From a virus: a DNA stretch of 64,000 bases. Shown here piece after piece: positions 1 to 10,325 of the stretch. The DNA is taken from the IMG/VR virus record IMGVR_UViG_3300025154_000065, positions 1 through 64,000 of that record. One strand, written 5' to 3'. A model generated the notes under the pieces. It did no database searches, was not told where the DNA came from, and saw nothing but the letters and a program-made list of their open reading frames with translations. Position numbers and translations under genes: made by a program. Every line of letters begins with the position of its first letter. The first letter of the stretch is position 1.

Positions 1-1103
1 GTAGCCGCCGAAGATGTTGGTTTGAAAGTTCATCGGCGGCTACCGAGCAGCTTGTAGCTCTCACGAATACAGATGCCGGGAGCTATCGAGACTATTTCGC
101 GCTTTTTGAGCGGTGCGTATTTAGAAATGGGAAACGCGGTCTCGTTATTTCTGGAGATTGGGCATCGGGGTCATTGGTAGCGGCAACTCAGGCCGTGAAT
201 AGAGTCAAGGTGACAGACTCTGATTTCTACGGTTACACCGAATACGGAATCTACATGACTCCGACAGTGGCCAGTAACACAAATGGCCACACCATAAAGG
301 GCGTCCACTTCGATTCAGCATCTTCCGCGACTGCCGATATCTATTGGAGTGGGAATCATAACTATGTCGAAGGCATGTTTGAGTCGGCCGCAGAGCACTT
401 AGTTCATTTTGATGATGCATCAGACGGCGGCACTTTATTTGCTGGCTGCATTTCGAGTGGCGGGTTAAGTTATTCAGTATCAGCCTTCAAGCTTGGAGCC
501 GCCGTAATCCCCTCCACATACACCAATATTGATACTCTTATGGTGTCAATGAATATCGTCATTGACACAGAGCTTGGCCGGATGGGGATTGTGCCAAGGC
601 AACAAACAGCTTGGATTTACCCAATCCCAGGCCAAGACACGTGGTTAATGTCGGAGAATGGTCGCCCTATCATATTTGGAGACTATAACGACGCCACCAA
701 TGCTCGAACCGAACGTGCCAGAATGGATTTGGATACTGGAAGGTGGGTTGTACCTGGGGGAGTATTAGCCACTGGCGCAAGGGTTGCCAGCAATACATTT
801 GCCGGTGAGGCTACCGGGGGCAGCGTTAATGTTACCTTAGTAAATACCTTCTCCACTAATTCACAGAGTGCAGCTTATAGGCTGTATGTATCAGTTACCG
901 ATGCTCCAGCAGATAATAGAATGGAGGTTTATGACATCTTTATTTATGGCACAACTGGAATATATGTATCAACCCCCGTGACTTACACAGAAGGGACAGT
1001 ATCTACTGGGGCAACCACAATCACTAGGCCAGCGGCAACGACGCTAAACATCGCTTGGACTGGATATGGGTCCGTGACTGGCGCATTATTGAGGATATAT
1101 TAG
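1..1103 (+). CDS. 3' part of a tail fibre/tailspike-like or other virion protein (starts upstream of window)
   Basis: Frame of ORF 174..1103 is open back to position 3. Sequence is Gly/Ser/Thr-rich and beta-strand-like, on the opposite strand and with higher GC than the rest of the window. Function is inferred. Confidence 0.5.
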   Translation, partial: SRRRCWFESSSAATEQLVALTNTDAGSYRDYFALFERCVFRNGKRGLVISGDWASGSLVAATQAVNRVKVTDSDFYGYTEYGIYMTPTVASNTNGHTIKGVHFDSASSATADIYWSGNHNYVEGMFESAAEHLVHFDDASDGGTLFAGCISSGGLSYSVSAFKLGAAVIPSTYTNIDTLMVSMNIVIDTELGRMGIVPRQQTAWIYPIPGQDTWLMSENGRPIIFGDYNDATNARTERARMDLDTGRWVVPGGVLATGARVASNTFAGEATGGSVNVTLVNTFSTNSQSAAYRLYVSVTDAPADNRMEVYDIFIYGTTGIYVSTPVTYTEGTVSTGATTITRPAATTLNIAWTGYGSVTGALLRIY

Positions 1104-1192
1104 TGCGGGGCAAGAGTTGGGGGTGTCCAGGCAACCCGTCACGGACACAACGGAACAAAGACAAAAATAACCTCACTTCAAGGAAGTATGAA

Positions 1193-1267
1193 ATGAAGAA
1201 AACCCGATTCATTGCAATTCTGGCGATGCTGGCCTTCTCGGCATCTCTCGCCCAGGCCGCAGCGTAA
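1193..1267 (+). pseudogene. Isolated signal peptide (MKKTRFIAILAMLAFSASLAQAAA*), probable truncated secreted-protein gene
   Basis: Typical Sec signal (basic N-terminus, hydrophobic core, AQA site) followed almost immediately by TAA; lies next to the GC/strand junction. Confidence 0.4.
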
Positions 1268-1336
1268 AATAGTGAGCGGTGGAAAATGGCTCATGAGTTT
1301 GGGGCATCCGGCCAGCCCGGAGCCCCTATATTTTTA

Positions 1337-1975
1337 TCAATTCAAAATTCTTTTAAATGATTTAATCTTCTTTACAGGTTTCTCTTTCCAGTCTCTAGAG
1401 AAAAATACTTTGTCTGCATACTGATAGATATCTTCCTGATCTGTTACCATAATAATTTGTATATTATGTCTTTTACATATCTCTCTAATCATTTGACCAG
1501 CAGCATCTTGAAGAATTGGACTATGAAGAAATTTCAATGGTTCGTCTTCAATAAATAATGCTCTGGTTTTTTTATTCAAGCTCCACAATGCTATCTTTAT
1601 AGCAAATGAAGCAATGTCTTTTACTCCTCCTCCACTTCCTGCCATTGGTTCAACACGTTCACCATCTTTATTGATAAAAAATACATCACACTCTGTTTGA
1701 TTATTTCTTGTAACGAATTCCATCCCAAATGAGAATTTTTCATCAAAAGGGATAGCATCCAAAGCTTTCGTAACAATATATGAAATATGAGATTCAAGAG
1801 TTTGTTGTATCTTTTGTGCTACTTCTTGTATGACAATACGAGCCTTTAAAGAATTATCGTGTCTTTTCTGCCAATTTCTTTGCTCTTGCTTTTGAAGAAA
1901 TAACTGGTTCTGTAATAACTTTTGTTCCGTCAGTTTCTCGTTTAGTATTTGACGCCATTTTTGTATTGTTTCCAT
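1337..1975 (-). CDS. SbcC/Rad50 (gp46-like) C-terminal half
   Basis: Coiled coil, then ABC signature GSGGG, Walker B LFIEDEP and H-loop-like IMVTD; no Walker A. Confidence 0.8.
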   Translation of the reverse strand: METIQKWRQILNEKLTEQKLLQNQLFLQKQEQRNWQKRHDNSLKARIVIQEVAQKIQQTLESHISYIVTKALDAIPFDEKFSFGMEFVTRNNQTECDVFFINKDGERVEPMAGSGGGVKDIASFAIKIALWSLNKKTRALFIEDEPLKFLHSPILQDAAGQMIREICKRHNIQIIMVTDQEDIYQYADKVFFSRDWKEKPVKKIKSFKRILN

Positions 1976-1997
1976 CTTTTTCCTTAATATAAATCGC

Positions 1998-2867
1998 CTA
2001 ACATCTCAAATCAGATCTTTTACATCCATCCTGTTTATGAATTATTTCATGGCAATCATAGCAAACACACATTCCATTATCAACGTCATTTGCTAACATT
2101 GGATTAAGAGTTGCTGATTGAATATGATGAGCTATTAATTTCTCAGTAGATCCACATTTTTCACACTTGTAGTCGGCCCTAGCCAATACCATTTCGCGCC
2201 ATTCTGGATCTATTTTAGGTCTATTTGATTCTGATAGAAATCCTTTAGGATACTTACGTTGTCCGTATATATTACACTCTTCTTTACATTTTTTAGAACA
2301 ATAGAAATTATTTGAACTAGATACTTTTCCATTAATAGAATTAATTCTATATTGGACTTGGTTAGCTGTAGGATAAAACCAGCTTTTACAATGATAACAT
2401 CTAACTTGGAAATCCGGCTTACCCAATCCTCTAAATCTAGTCCTATTAATTTCTTCAATTGGCATTAATTGATGAACATATGTTTCATATAAAGCTACAT
2501 TATTTTGACAAACTCCACCTTTCCAAAAACGACTTTTACTTCCTGTACGATTTTCACTCATTTTGTTTTTTGTTTCTTCTGAATGTTTTCTTCCTTTATT
2601 AACCTCGCTCATTTTCTTTCTAGATTCTTCTGAAAATTTCTTTCCTTTATGAGATTCGCTTATTTTCTTCTTAACTTCTTCTGGAAGTTTTTTACCTTTA
2701 TGAGATTCACTTAATTTCTTTCTAGTTTCTTCAGAAATTTTATGCCCTTTGTGTGATTCGCTTATATTTTTAATATGTTCTTTAGAAAGTTTCTTTCCTT
2801 TATGAGATTCACTTATTTTCTTTCTATGTTCATCAGACATCTTTCTATAGTTCTGTATTGATTGCAA
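1998..2867 (-). CDS. NUMOD3-repeat HNH homing endonuclease
   Basis: About six N-terminal 17-aa repeats (SEEHRKKISESHKGKK); C-terminal CEKC...AHH...NG..VCYDCH HNH motif. Confidence 0.85.
   Translation of the reverse strand: MQSIQNYRKMSDEHRKKISESHKGKKLSKEHIKNISESHKGHKISEETRKKLSESHKGKKLPEEVKKKISESHKGKKFSEESRKKMSEVNKGRKHSEETKNKMSENRTGSKSRFWKGGVCQNNVALYETYVHQLMPIEEINRTRFRGLGKPDFQVRCYHCKSWFYPTANQVQYRINSINGKVSSSNNFYCSKKCKEECNIYGQRKYPKGFLSESNRPKIDPEWREMVLARADYKCEKCGSTEKLIAHHIQSATLNPMLANDVDNGMCVCYDCHEIIHKQDGCKRSDLRC
2560..2840 (-). repeat. ~51-bp coding tandem repeats (NUMOD3)
   Basis: Recurring + strand unit tttcctttatgagattcacttatttt; boundaries approximate. Confidence 0.75.
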
Positions 2868-3063
2868 CTTCTTCCTCCTTAATTTGAAGTCTCATTAATT
2901 CTTCAATCAGGTAAGAAATCTCTATGATTTTAGAATCTCTAATATGCCTATATTGAAGTTTAAGCATCTCATTTTCATCAAGAATTCTAAGGATTGCATC
3001 TGCAAATATAGAACGATCATCATCAAATTTTGCTCTTGATTTTTCAAGGATATCTTCTACCAT
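2845..3063 (-). CDS. hypothetical protein
   Basis: Overlaps both neighbours on the coding strand; RBS upstream. Confidence 0.5.
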   Translation of the reverse strand: MVEDILEKSRAKFDDDRSIFADAILRILDENEMLKLQYRHIRDSKIIEISYLIEELMRLQIKEEEVAINTEL

Positions 3064-3296
3064 TCGATTTCTCCTCTCAAAACGCTAAATTTCTTATCTC
3101 TAACTGATTGTCTCTCTTCCAATTCGTTCTTTGCTTTGCCAATCCATTCTTGTGCTTCTTCTATATCCTTAAATCCATACTTATTTAATTCTTCTAATTT
3201 TGCATCCTTGGTTCCATTCAGCGTGGCAAGTTTTGTTTCTATTGATTTCAAAATCTTATCTAGTTCTTTCAGTTCTTCTAAAATATCTGTCATCAT
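3057..3296 (-). CDS. small coiled-coil protein
   Basis: Heptad-like E/K/L pattern; start overlaps the SbcD stop. Confidence 0.6.
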   Translation of the reverse strand: MMTDILEELKELDKILKSIETKLATLNGTKDAKLEELNKYGFKDIEEAQEWIGKAKNELEERQSVRDKKFSVLRGEIEW

Positions 3297-4255
3297 TTCT
3301 CTCCTGTGGCTTTTTTAACTGCTTCAAATATTATATCTTCCACTTCCTTATCTATATTGGTTTTGTCAGCAATTACTCTGAGTTTCTTGACAAAATCCAA
3401 GTCTTCACTCTCAGAGTTAAAACTTCTGTCAAGGGCCGCACTAAATACCTCCAATCCGTCATTTAAGGCCGTTTTTGATGCTATCAAATCCACCTTAAGG
3501 ACTTCAGCCGATGGTAAGACAGGTATATAGTGTTTCAATAATTTTTGAGTGTCAGTATTTAAAGTCCATACAACAGGTTTGTGTTTATCTTGATCAATTC
3601 TCGCCCTCATCCAAGATCCGCAATTTATTAAAATTTTATTTCCATGATCTACAAAAAATTCATTATGATTGTCTCCACTAATGATAAAGTCAAATTCATT
3701 ATCATCTAAAAATTTAGATGCTGGTGTATAATCAACATGTCCATGCCAGTAATCTTTATCTGCTAACATTTTGTGTATAACGAGAATGTTAATATCTGCA
3801 TTAAGTACAGATGGTTGTATTATCTTATCTTCATCTCCCCATCCGCAACCATAAAACATAATCCTTTTCTTTTTGTTGTTTATTAATATTCCTTTATTAT
3901 CTACAATTGTTAATGCTTTAGCAGCAGCAAGGACTTGTAAAGGTGTGTTATCTGTTTCTGTAGAGTGGTATCTTTGATCGTGTTGACCGGCTACTGCAAA
4001 AATTTCAACTCCATATTTATCTTTTGCTTCAAGGAACGTGTTTATCAACAGGCTTTTGAGCCTGTCACTTATCCTAAAACTATCGCAAACATCTCCGGGT
4101 AGAATTAAGATAGATCTCTCTTTATTTGATTCCTTGCAAATTATTTCAATGACAGACCAAAATTTGTTTATAAGAGTCTGCGAATAGTCCTTATCTATAC
4201 GATTTTCCGGATTTGTTTCTCTAGCATGGAAATCACCACTAGTGCATATTATCAT
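3293..4255 (-). CDS. SbcD/Mre11 (gp47-like) nuclease
   Basis: Metallophosphoesterase motifs GDFH, PGD, GQHD, GDNH, NCGS; next to SbcC. Confidence 0.88.
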   Translation of the reverse strand: MIICTSGDFHARETNPENRIDKDYSQTLINKFWSVIEIICKESNKERSILILPGDVCDSFRISDRLKSLLINTFLEAKDKYGVEIFAVAGQHDQRYHSTETDNTPLQVLAAAKALTIVDNKGILINNKKKRIMFYGCGWGDEDKIIQPSVLNADINILVIHKMLADKDYWHGHVDYTPASKFLDDNEFDFIISGDNHNEFFVDHGNKILINCGSWMRARIDQDKHKPVVWTLNTDTQKLLKHYIPVLPSAEVLKVDLIASKTALNDGLEVFSAALDRSFNSESEDLDFVKKLRVIADKTNIDKEVEDIIFEAVKKATGEK

Positions 4256-5483
4256 GAATCATTCTCTCCATTTCATTTTTTGTCATTAATTTACCGCATG
4301 TAGGACATTGCCCACCTTTAAATAAGATATCATCATATTTGACTTTATGTATATTAAAATCCACAGTTTCTAATGATATCTTCTTTTGAAGATCATTTAA
4401 AGAATTAATAACTGTTTTAACGGATTTAAATTGTTTTTCTAACTCTAATAGAGATAAAGATTCATTTGTCAATTCAATTACTGTAGGACTCACTGATAGA
4501 TAATCAGTGCATTCTTCAATAGATGAATTGATATCTAAAAGGTTGTTTATTAGAATATCTACTGATTCAATCTTTTTTGATTCAACTTCAATATCTTTAG
4601 ATATCTCAATACATTCTTCAATATCTTTCTTGTACTTTAGAAAGTCATTACATTCTTCAATCTCTTCATTTATCAACGAGATTTCATTTAGTAGATTTTT
4701 GGTATCTTCAATATCATAATTCAATTCACTAATTATTCTAGAATCAGCTAATAATGCATCCACTCTTCTACGAAATCTTAATTTATTATTTACATTATTG
4801 ATATCAGCTTGAATTGTATTTATTGATTCTATTATTTCATTGGTGTTTACTATTTTATCATCAATTTCTAATAGATAAAGGTCATCCTTTTCTATATCTT
4901 CAATAAGAAGTTGGATTGATTCAAGATTGTCAAATTGTTTTAATTCTTCTTCCTTCTTTTTTACTTTTTCTAATTCTTCTTCTGATTTTTGCTTTGCTGT
5001 TGATACTATGGAATTTATAGCTTTTATTGTTTTATCAATTATTGAAATACCTACTATATCATTTAGTTTCCTTGCAACCTCACCAGGAGAATCTTGAAGA
5101 AGATAATATGTGTCATGTTGTGATTGAAAATTAAGATCATTGAGATTGATAAATGATTTTATCTCTTCTGGTATTTGTCCTTTCAATGCCTTATATGGTT
5201 CATTATGACCAGACCATTCATAATGATTAATAGTTTTACTTCTTTCACGAGATACCCATCCTTCAGGAAATACCATTTGAATAGATGTTAATTCGCCACT
5301 TCTTGCAGTCCATGACCGAAAATCGAAGCCCTGTGGTCTGTTCCGTATAGCCCAATATAAGGAATGTATGATAGACGATTTTCCGCTATTGCTGATTCCT
5401 ACAATTGCATTAAATCCATTAGAAAATTCTAATATAGTCTTTTTATGTCTTCTGAAGTTTTTGATTTCTATGCTTTTAAGCAT
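4239..5483 (-). CDS. SbcC/Rad50 (gp46-like) N-terminal half
   Basis: IKNFRRH, Walker A GISNSGKS, Q-loop FQSQHD, coiled coil, ending just after the CPTC zinc hook. Confidence 0.88.
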   Translation of the reverse strand: MLKSIEIKNFRRHKKTILEFSNGFNAIVGISNSGKSSIIHSLYWAIRNRPQGFDFRSWTARSGELTSIQMVFPEGWVSRERSKTINHYEWSGHNEPYKALKGQIPEEIKSFINLNDLNFQSQHDTYYLLQDSPGEVARKLNDIVGISIIDKTIKAINSIVSTAKQKSEEELEKVKKKEEELKQFDNLESIQLLIEDIEKDDLYLLEIDDKIVNTNEIIESINTIQADINNVNNKLRFRRRVDALLADSRIISELNYDIEDTKNLLNEISLINEEIEECNDFLKYKKDIEECIEISKDIEVESKKIESVDILINNLLDINSSIEECTDYLSVSPTVIELTNESLSLLELEKQFKSVKTVINSLNDLQKKISLETVDFNIHKVKYDDILFKGGQCPTCGKLMTKNEMERMIHDNMH

Positions 5484-5484
5484 A

Positions 5485-5724
5485 TTAATCCTTTATATAA
5501 TATTCGTTTTGGGTTGTAGGAATAGAACTATGTTCTCCGTCTTCCACATAACAAACTATAGAATCAGGCCATTTATCATATTTTGAAAAATCATTATAAC
5601 TAACAATTGGCGGATCGAACATTCCTGCAACATTTCTTTTAAGTTTATTGGGATATTCTTTTAGGTATTTAAAAAATGTTTCTTTGTCTACTTTTATAAA
5701 TCCATCTAGCATTTTACTCTCCAA
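5485..5724 (-). CDS. hypothetical protein
   Basis: Fills the gap between neighbours on the coding strand. Confidence 0.5.
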   Translation of the reverse strand: MESKMLDGFIKVDKETFFKYLKEYPNKLKRNVAGMFDPPIVSYNDFSKYDKWPDSIVCYVEDGEHSSIPTTQNEYYIKD

Positions 5725-6296
5725 TTCTTCTTCATATTCCTTTTATTCAATATGATATCAAAAACTCCAGGGACACACCATATAAAGAAGTCCATTTGTC
5801 TAATAAGGACTAGTTTATCATTGTCAATTGTACAATATATTTTATTACAATTAGCAGGACCACAATATTCTGCCAATAGATTGAAGAAATCTGCTTTCAT
5901 AAATACTATTGGCAATAGGTGATCTCTATGCACTACAAGTAATGGTTCGTTTCCCCATCCTGCCTTTTGTGCATTCTCTGCATCTTTTAAGACTTGTCTC
6001 CAGAATAGTTGCAAAGTTTGTTTTTTAGCATTACTATCAATAAGAGATAACAAATCAATAACCTTATTATACCCTTTTTTAACCTCGACTACGCAGATCC
6101 TTAAAAATGGTTCGCCAATTGGATCTAAACAGACCAAGTCACCATAACTATTCGCCGTGGTCTTTGAAGATTTATTTCTTTGTGTAGCTCGTGCTCCTGA
6201 ATTTGTTCTCCAAAATATGTCATCTCTATTACCTTCACTTATCCATAATGACCATTCTTTGCTTTTAGTTCTCTCGTTGTCGCCGCCTTTTGCCAT
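5706..6296 (-). CDS. Holliday junction resolvase-like PD-(D/E)XK nuclease
   Basis: KGGDNER ... GDLV ... EVKK pattern of Hjc-type phage resolvases. Confidence 0.7.
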   Translation of the reverse strand: MAKGGDNERTKSKEWSLWISEGNRDDIFWRTNSGARATQRNKSSKTTANSYGDLVCLDPIGEPFLRICVVEVKKGYNKVIDLLSLIDSNAKKQTLQLFWRQVLKDAENAQKAGWGNEPLLVVHRDHLLPIVFMKADFFNLLAEYCGPANCNKIYCTIDNDKLVLIRQMDFFIWCVPGVFDIILNKRNMKKNWRVKC

Positions 6297-6521
6297 ATAC
6301 TATTCCTTTTTATTTTTTAAAGCATCGTAATTCTATAGTTCTACATCCAACTTTTGGAAAGATCCCTCGAATTGTTTTAAATGGAAGTGGATAATTTGTT
6401 GCAATAGACCAACATTCCTCATCTGTTAATTCTGGAAATAAATCATATTCATTTATAAAAGGAGCATTATACTCAAAACACTTTTCTATTATTATTCTGG
6501 CTTCTTTTTCATTATCTGTCA

Positions 6522-7022
6522 TTATCTATCCTTATTTTTCTTGATGAAGTCGAGTATGTTTTGACTACAGAGAAACTCTACATTCTCCATTATTCTTTCT
6601 TTATTCCAATCCCACCATTTTATTTTAAGTAATTCTTCAATTATGTCATCCGAGAATCTTTTCCTTATTACTTTTGCAGGTTGTCCAATTGCAATACTAT
6701 ACGGTGGTATTTTGCCAGCAACTAGAGAGAATGCACCTATGACTGCGCCATCTCCTATATCTGCACCACCTAGTAATGTGACACCACTACCTATCCATAC
6801 ATCATTTCCAATCTTTATATTCTCTGGATCAACTGGATGTCCTGTAATTGGCAAATCCCAAAGTATAGGAAATGGATATGTTGATATCCAATCAACTCTA
6901 TGGTCTGGAAGAAATACAGCAATTATTGCTGTTGAAAGAGAACAATATTTACCAACAGAAACATCTCCATTTCCTGTTATGTGAATAGAACCATAAGAAC
7001 CTTTGTCTAAATTGAGCCCCAT
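6522..7022 (-). CDS. Hexapeptide-repeat O-acetyltransferase (CatB/Vat-like)
   Basis: [49 protein letters not shown]. Confidence 0.88.
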   Translation of the reverse strand: MGLNLDKGSYGSIHITGNGDVSVGKYCSLSTAIIAVFLPDHRVDWISTYPFPILWDLPITGHPVDPENIKIGNDVWIGSGVTLLGGADIGDGAVIGAFSLVAGKIPPYSIAIGQPAKVIRKRFSDDIIEELLKIKWWDWNKERIMENVEFLCSQNILDFIKKNKDR

Positions 7023-7672
7023 TATTTACCCCATTCTGCTGTCATACTTGTATCAGGAAACATTCTGTTAATTCTGTTTAATAATTGTTTTTGTCTTTCT
7101 GTTCTTTCGTCATATTTGATTTTATCATCATAATTTTTAAGGATATCTAAAATATTATTGGATGCTTCAATAAGTTCTTCATGTGGTTTCATCTCATCTT
7201 TTATCAGAAGGACTTTTCTATCAAGTATGAGTTTTAATATATCTTCATCTTTTACATTATATCCTGATAATATTTTAGATACTCTATCTAATTTTATCTG
7301 CAATACAGAAAGATTTTTCTTTGTTATTTCAATCAAATTATTTATTGCTGATCTTACTTCTTTAATTGGAGAATCTAAAGGAATATCTGCTTCTATTAGT
7401 CCTTCTAAAATACCAGATAGAATCTCTAAACATTTATCCGAAGATGATTTACTACTTCCTTGTATCTGTGGATCATTCCAAATTCCTGTTTCATCGTACC
7501 GAGCTTTCCATAAAGGATTTGATAGAAACAAATATGCCTTTTGAATTTTTAGAAAATCTTCTACGTCACCTTTTGCATCAGGGTGGTACTTTTTTGATAA
7601 TCTACGATAGGCATTTTTAATTTGTTTTTGTGTAGTTGCGTTTTTGATATTAAGTGTTTGATAAGGATTCAT
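7022..7672 (-). CDS. DnaJ-domain protein
   Basis: NPYQTL...[16 protein letters not shown]-domain with HPD motif. Confidence 0.88.
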   Translation of the reverse strand: MNPYQTLNIKNATTQKQIKNAYRRLSKKYHPDAKGDVEDFLKIQKAYLFLSNPLWKARYDETGIWNDPQIQGSSKSSSDKCLEILSGILEGLIEADIPLDSPIKEVRSAINNLIEITKKNLSVLQIKLDRVSKILSGYNVKDEDILKLILDRKVLLIKDEMKPHEELIEASNNILDILKNYDDKIKYDERTERQKQLLNRINRMFPDTSMTAEWGK

Positions 7673-8043
7673 TTGTTTACTTTGTCATTAGGGGATCGTT
7701 AAATAATTCTTCTTCTTTTATTTCTTCTAGTACCCAAGATAATCCAAATTTTAATCCAAATAGATAATGGTAATTATCCCCGGCATCAGGATTTTTATAT
7801 TGTATATCAATAACTTTTTCTAACATGTTCTCAATTTGTTCTTTGGTTTTCATTTTCTATCCTCCAATTAAGGTCTATTTCCATACTATTATAAAATTCT
7901 ACATTATCAACATCATTTATAATCCAGAATAAAACACTTCCTATTAAAGCTAAAAGATTATATTCATCTCCCTTACAATGGTAAGTACGATAGTCTTGTA
8001 ATTCCTTTAAAATCTTTTTACATTCTTCTTCAGTTTTCATTAT

Positions 8044-8910
8044 TTACTCCAATCCAAAATTATCTTTCCATGCATCAAAACTCTTAGTGTGAATAAAAGA
8101 TAGCATTTGATACTCGTAGCAGATGTCCATAAATCTATCGAGACTTAATCTGTCTTCATTAAGATCAAATTTAGGAGTTCCTTCAAATGGAAGAACAACT
8201 AATGGTTTATTAATTTTTATTGTTTCTTGACCTTCTTTGCTTAAAATTGCATCAAGTACATTACCTTTCTTCATTGTTCCAGTTACATATTTTGTTGCAA
8301 CATTATATCCCACTTTAACTTCTTTATTTCCTCTCATGTATCTAATACCATCTACGGCATCACCTTTACATCCAGCTACACACTTTACGTTCTTCCATTG
8401 CTCGGGTGAGACACCATATTCTTCCATTAAATCTTTTCTAGTGTAATATGACTTTTTGCCAAGATCAAACATAGATGATTTATCAAGTAATTGATATAGA
8501 TCATTATCAGAACTTACAATAATACTATCCTCATTCTCTAAAACCACAGAAGCTATGATATCATCAGCTTCATACCCTTCTAAATAAAAATTGTTTATAA
8601 ATCCTATTTTTGGGAGAATATGTCGTCTAAGAATAGCAAATTGAGGTCTTGATATTTTCTCAAGTTCAATCTTTTCAGGATCGTCAGATATTTCTCGTTT
8701 TTTATAATTTGGATAGATCTCTCTTCTAATAGATTTAGAAGAGTCCCATGCAAATATAAATTTATTGGATTTAAGCATTTGAGATAGCATTAAAAGAGTT
8801 TTAAGGAATCCAAAAATAACTCCAGTTTGCTTCTCATTATGAGATAATCCTTTGAGAGAATGCTTCGCCCTATGGCACAAAAAATGGCAATCTACGATTA
8901 TTCTATTCAT
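8044..8910 (-). CDS. 5'-3' exonuclease (Pol I N-terminal / T4 RNase H-like)
   Basis: IIVD, FAWD, YPNYK, GYEADDII, SSDNDLYQL motifs. Confidence 0.88.
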   Translation of the reverse strand: MNRIIVDCHFLCHRAKHSLKGLSHNEKQTGVIFGFLKTLLMLSQMLKSNKFIFAWDSSKSIRREIYPNYKKREISDDPEKIELEKISRPQFAILRRHILPKIGFINNFYLEGYEADDIIASVVLENEDSIIVSSDNDLYQLLDKSSMFDLGKKSYYTRKDLMEEYGVSPEQWKNVKCVAGCKGDAVDGIRYMRGNKEVKVGYNVATKYVTGTMKKGNVLDAILSKEGQETIKINKPLVVLPFEGTPKFDLNEDRLSLDRFMDICYEYQMLSFIHTKSFDAWKDNFGLE

Positions 8911-9855
8911 TATCTTCCTTATTTATATCGTCAGGAGTGACCCACCTTCTATTATATTCTTTATTTATAGTTTTCAATTTTAGTAATAATTTAACTTTAT
9001 TATCCATATGACTAAACCATATTTTATATTCAGAGATAGATAAATCTTTCATATTATGAACAGTATCTACTAATTCTTTATTTGTGTGATCATAATTATG
9101 TGGATTTATTTTAATATTGTCAATAAAAATTCCACAATTATTATCTTCTTTTAATAAATCTAAAACTAAATTTCTTCCAAACATTTTTATTAATTCGTCT
9201 AGTCTTTCATTTCTTGGATCTTTACGAGATTTATTTCTGAATAAATATCTAAAAAATTTCATTTATAAAACTCCTTTATAAATAATAAGTTATAATTTTT
9301 ATTCTTTTGACAGGTAATCTTTGTCCATATTCTATTAAATCAAAACTTGGATGTTCATAACATATTTGAAATATATCTGTTTGAAAGTCAAAATTAATTC
9401 CTATAAATTTTGCATCTTTTGGAATTCCTAAATCAATATAATAAGCTTTGCAAGAATCATCTTCTGTCTGTCTAAAGAAATCAGCAATATATTCTGGAGA
9501 CGCTTCAACTATAATTCTTCGCCTTCCAGAAATAGAATCTATTACTTCATCATATTTAATTTCATCCATTTTAATATTCCTTTATATCACTTCGATTTCC
9601 ATACTACCTGTATCTGTGTCTATCAAAATTCCACCAATACCTCTTTCTACTTTTAGATTTTCCTTTTGAAAGAACTTCTCACACTCTTGTAATGTCTGAA
9701 GTGCTATTACGCATTGAGATATTTTTTTATATGGATAGTGAAATGTTACATTCATATCTCTATTATGACGCCACCATATTCCACTAATAGTGGCCCAATC
9801 CAATTCAAATTGATCAATAGCATTTGCAACTGTTGATCTTATTTTAGTTTCCATT

Positions 9856-10323
9856 CTATCTCCAAATAACCAAGGTATGATCCAATTCCTTTAATTCTTC
9901 ATCAATAATTTTTGATATTTTATTCCAATCACCTAATGCTAATCCTGCTCCAATTTTAGGATAACCAATTTTATATCCTTTAAATAGTTTATAAATTGTA
10001 GCAAAACACGATCTCAAAGCATCGTATTCTACCAATACTCTTTTCATCTCTCCTCTTACACAAGTATCAAATTGAGTATATGCGTTAACTACAAATATAG
10101 AATGCATATCATTTATAAATACTTTTGTATATGTTATCTTACCTAATTTTGAACGATCACCAGATTTTGTTCTTTTATCAATCTCCCAAGCCTTTGGAAA
10201 TTCCTTTTTAATTTGTAGAGCAATTCCTGCTCCCATTGTACATATACAATTACAACCATGAACTATGACATCAAAATGACCTTCTTTTGCTAGTTCAATT
10301 AAATCACCACGAATTATCTTCAT
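9856..10323 (-). CDS. Macro-domain (ADP-ribose processing) protein
   Basis: GDL...VIVHGCNC..MGAGIA...PKIGAGLALGDW. Confidence 0.88.
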   Translation of the reverse strand: MKIIRGDLIELAKEGHFDVIVHGCNCICTMGAGIALQIKKEFPKAWEIDKRTKSGDRSKLGKITYTKVFINDMHSIFVVNAYTQFDTCVRGEMKRVLVEYDALRSCFATIYKLFKGYKIGYPKIGAGLALGDWNKISKIIDEELKELDHTLVIWR

Positions 10324-10325
10324 AT

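Noticed and set aside
2560-2840. Regular repeats as a possible CRISPR array
   Set aside because: In-frame degenerate coding repeats (NUMOD3) with no unique spacers.
1976-2870. Group I intron around the homing endonuclease joining the SbcC parts
   Set aside because: Flanking gaps are only ~20 nt or overlapping, leaving no room for a ribozyme core.
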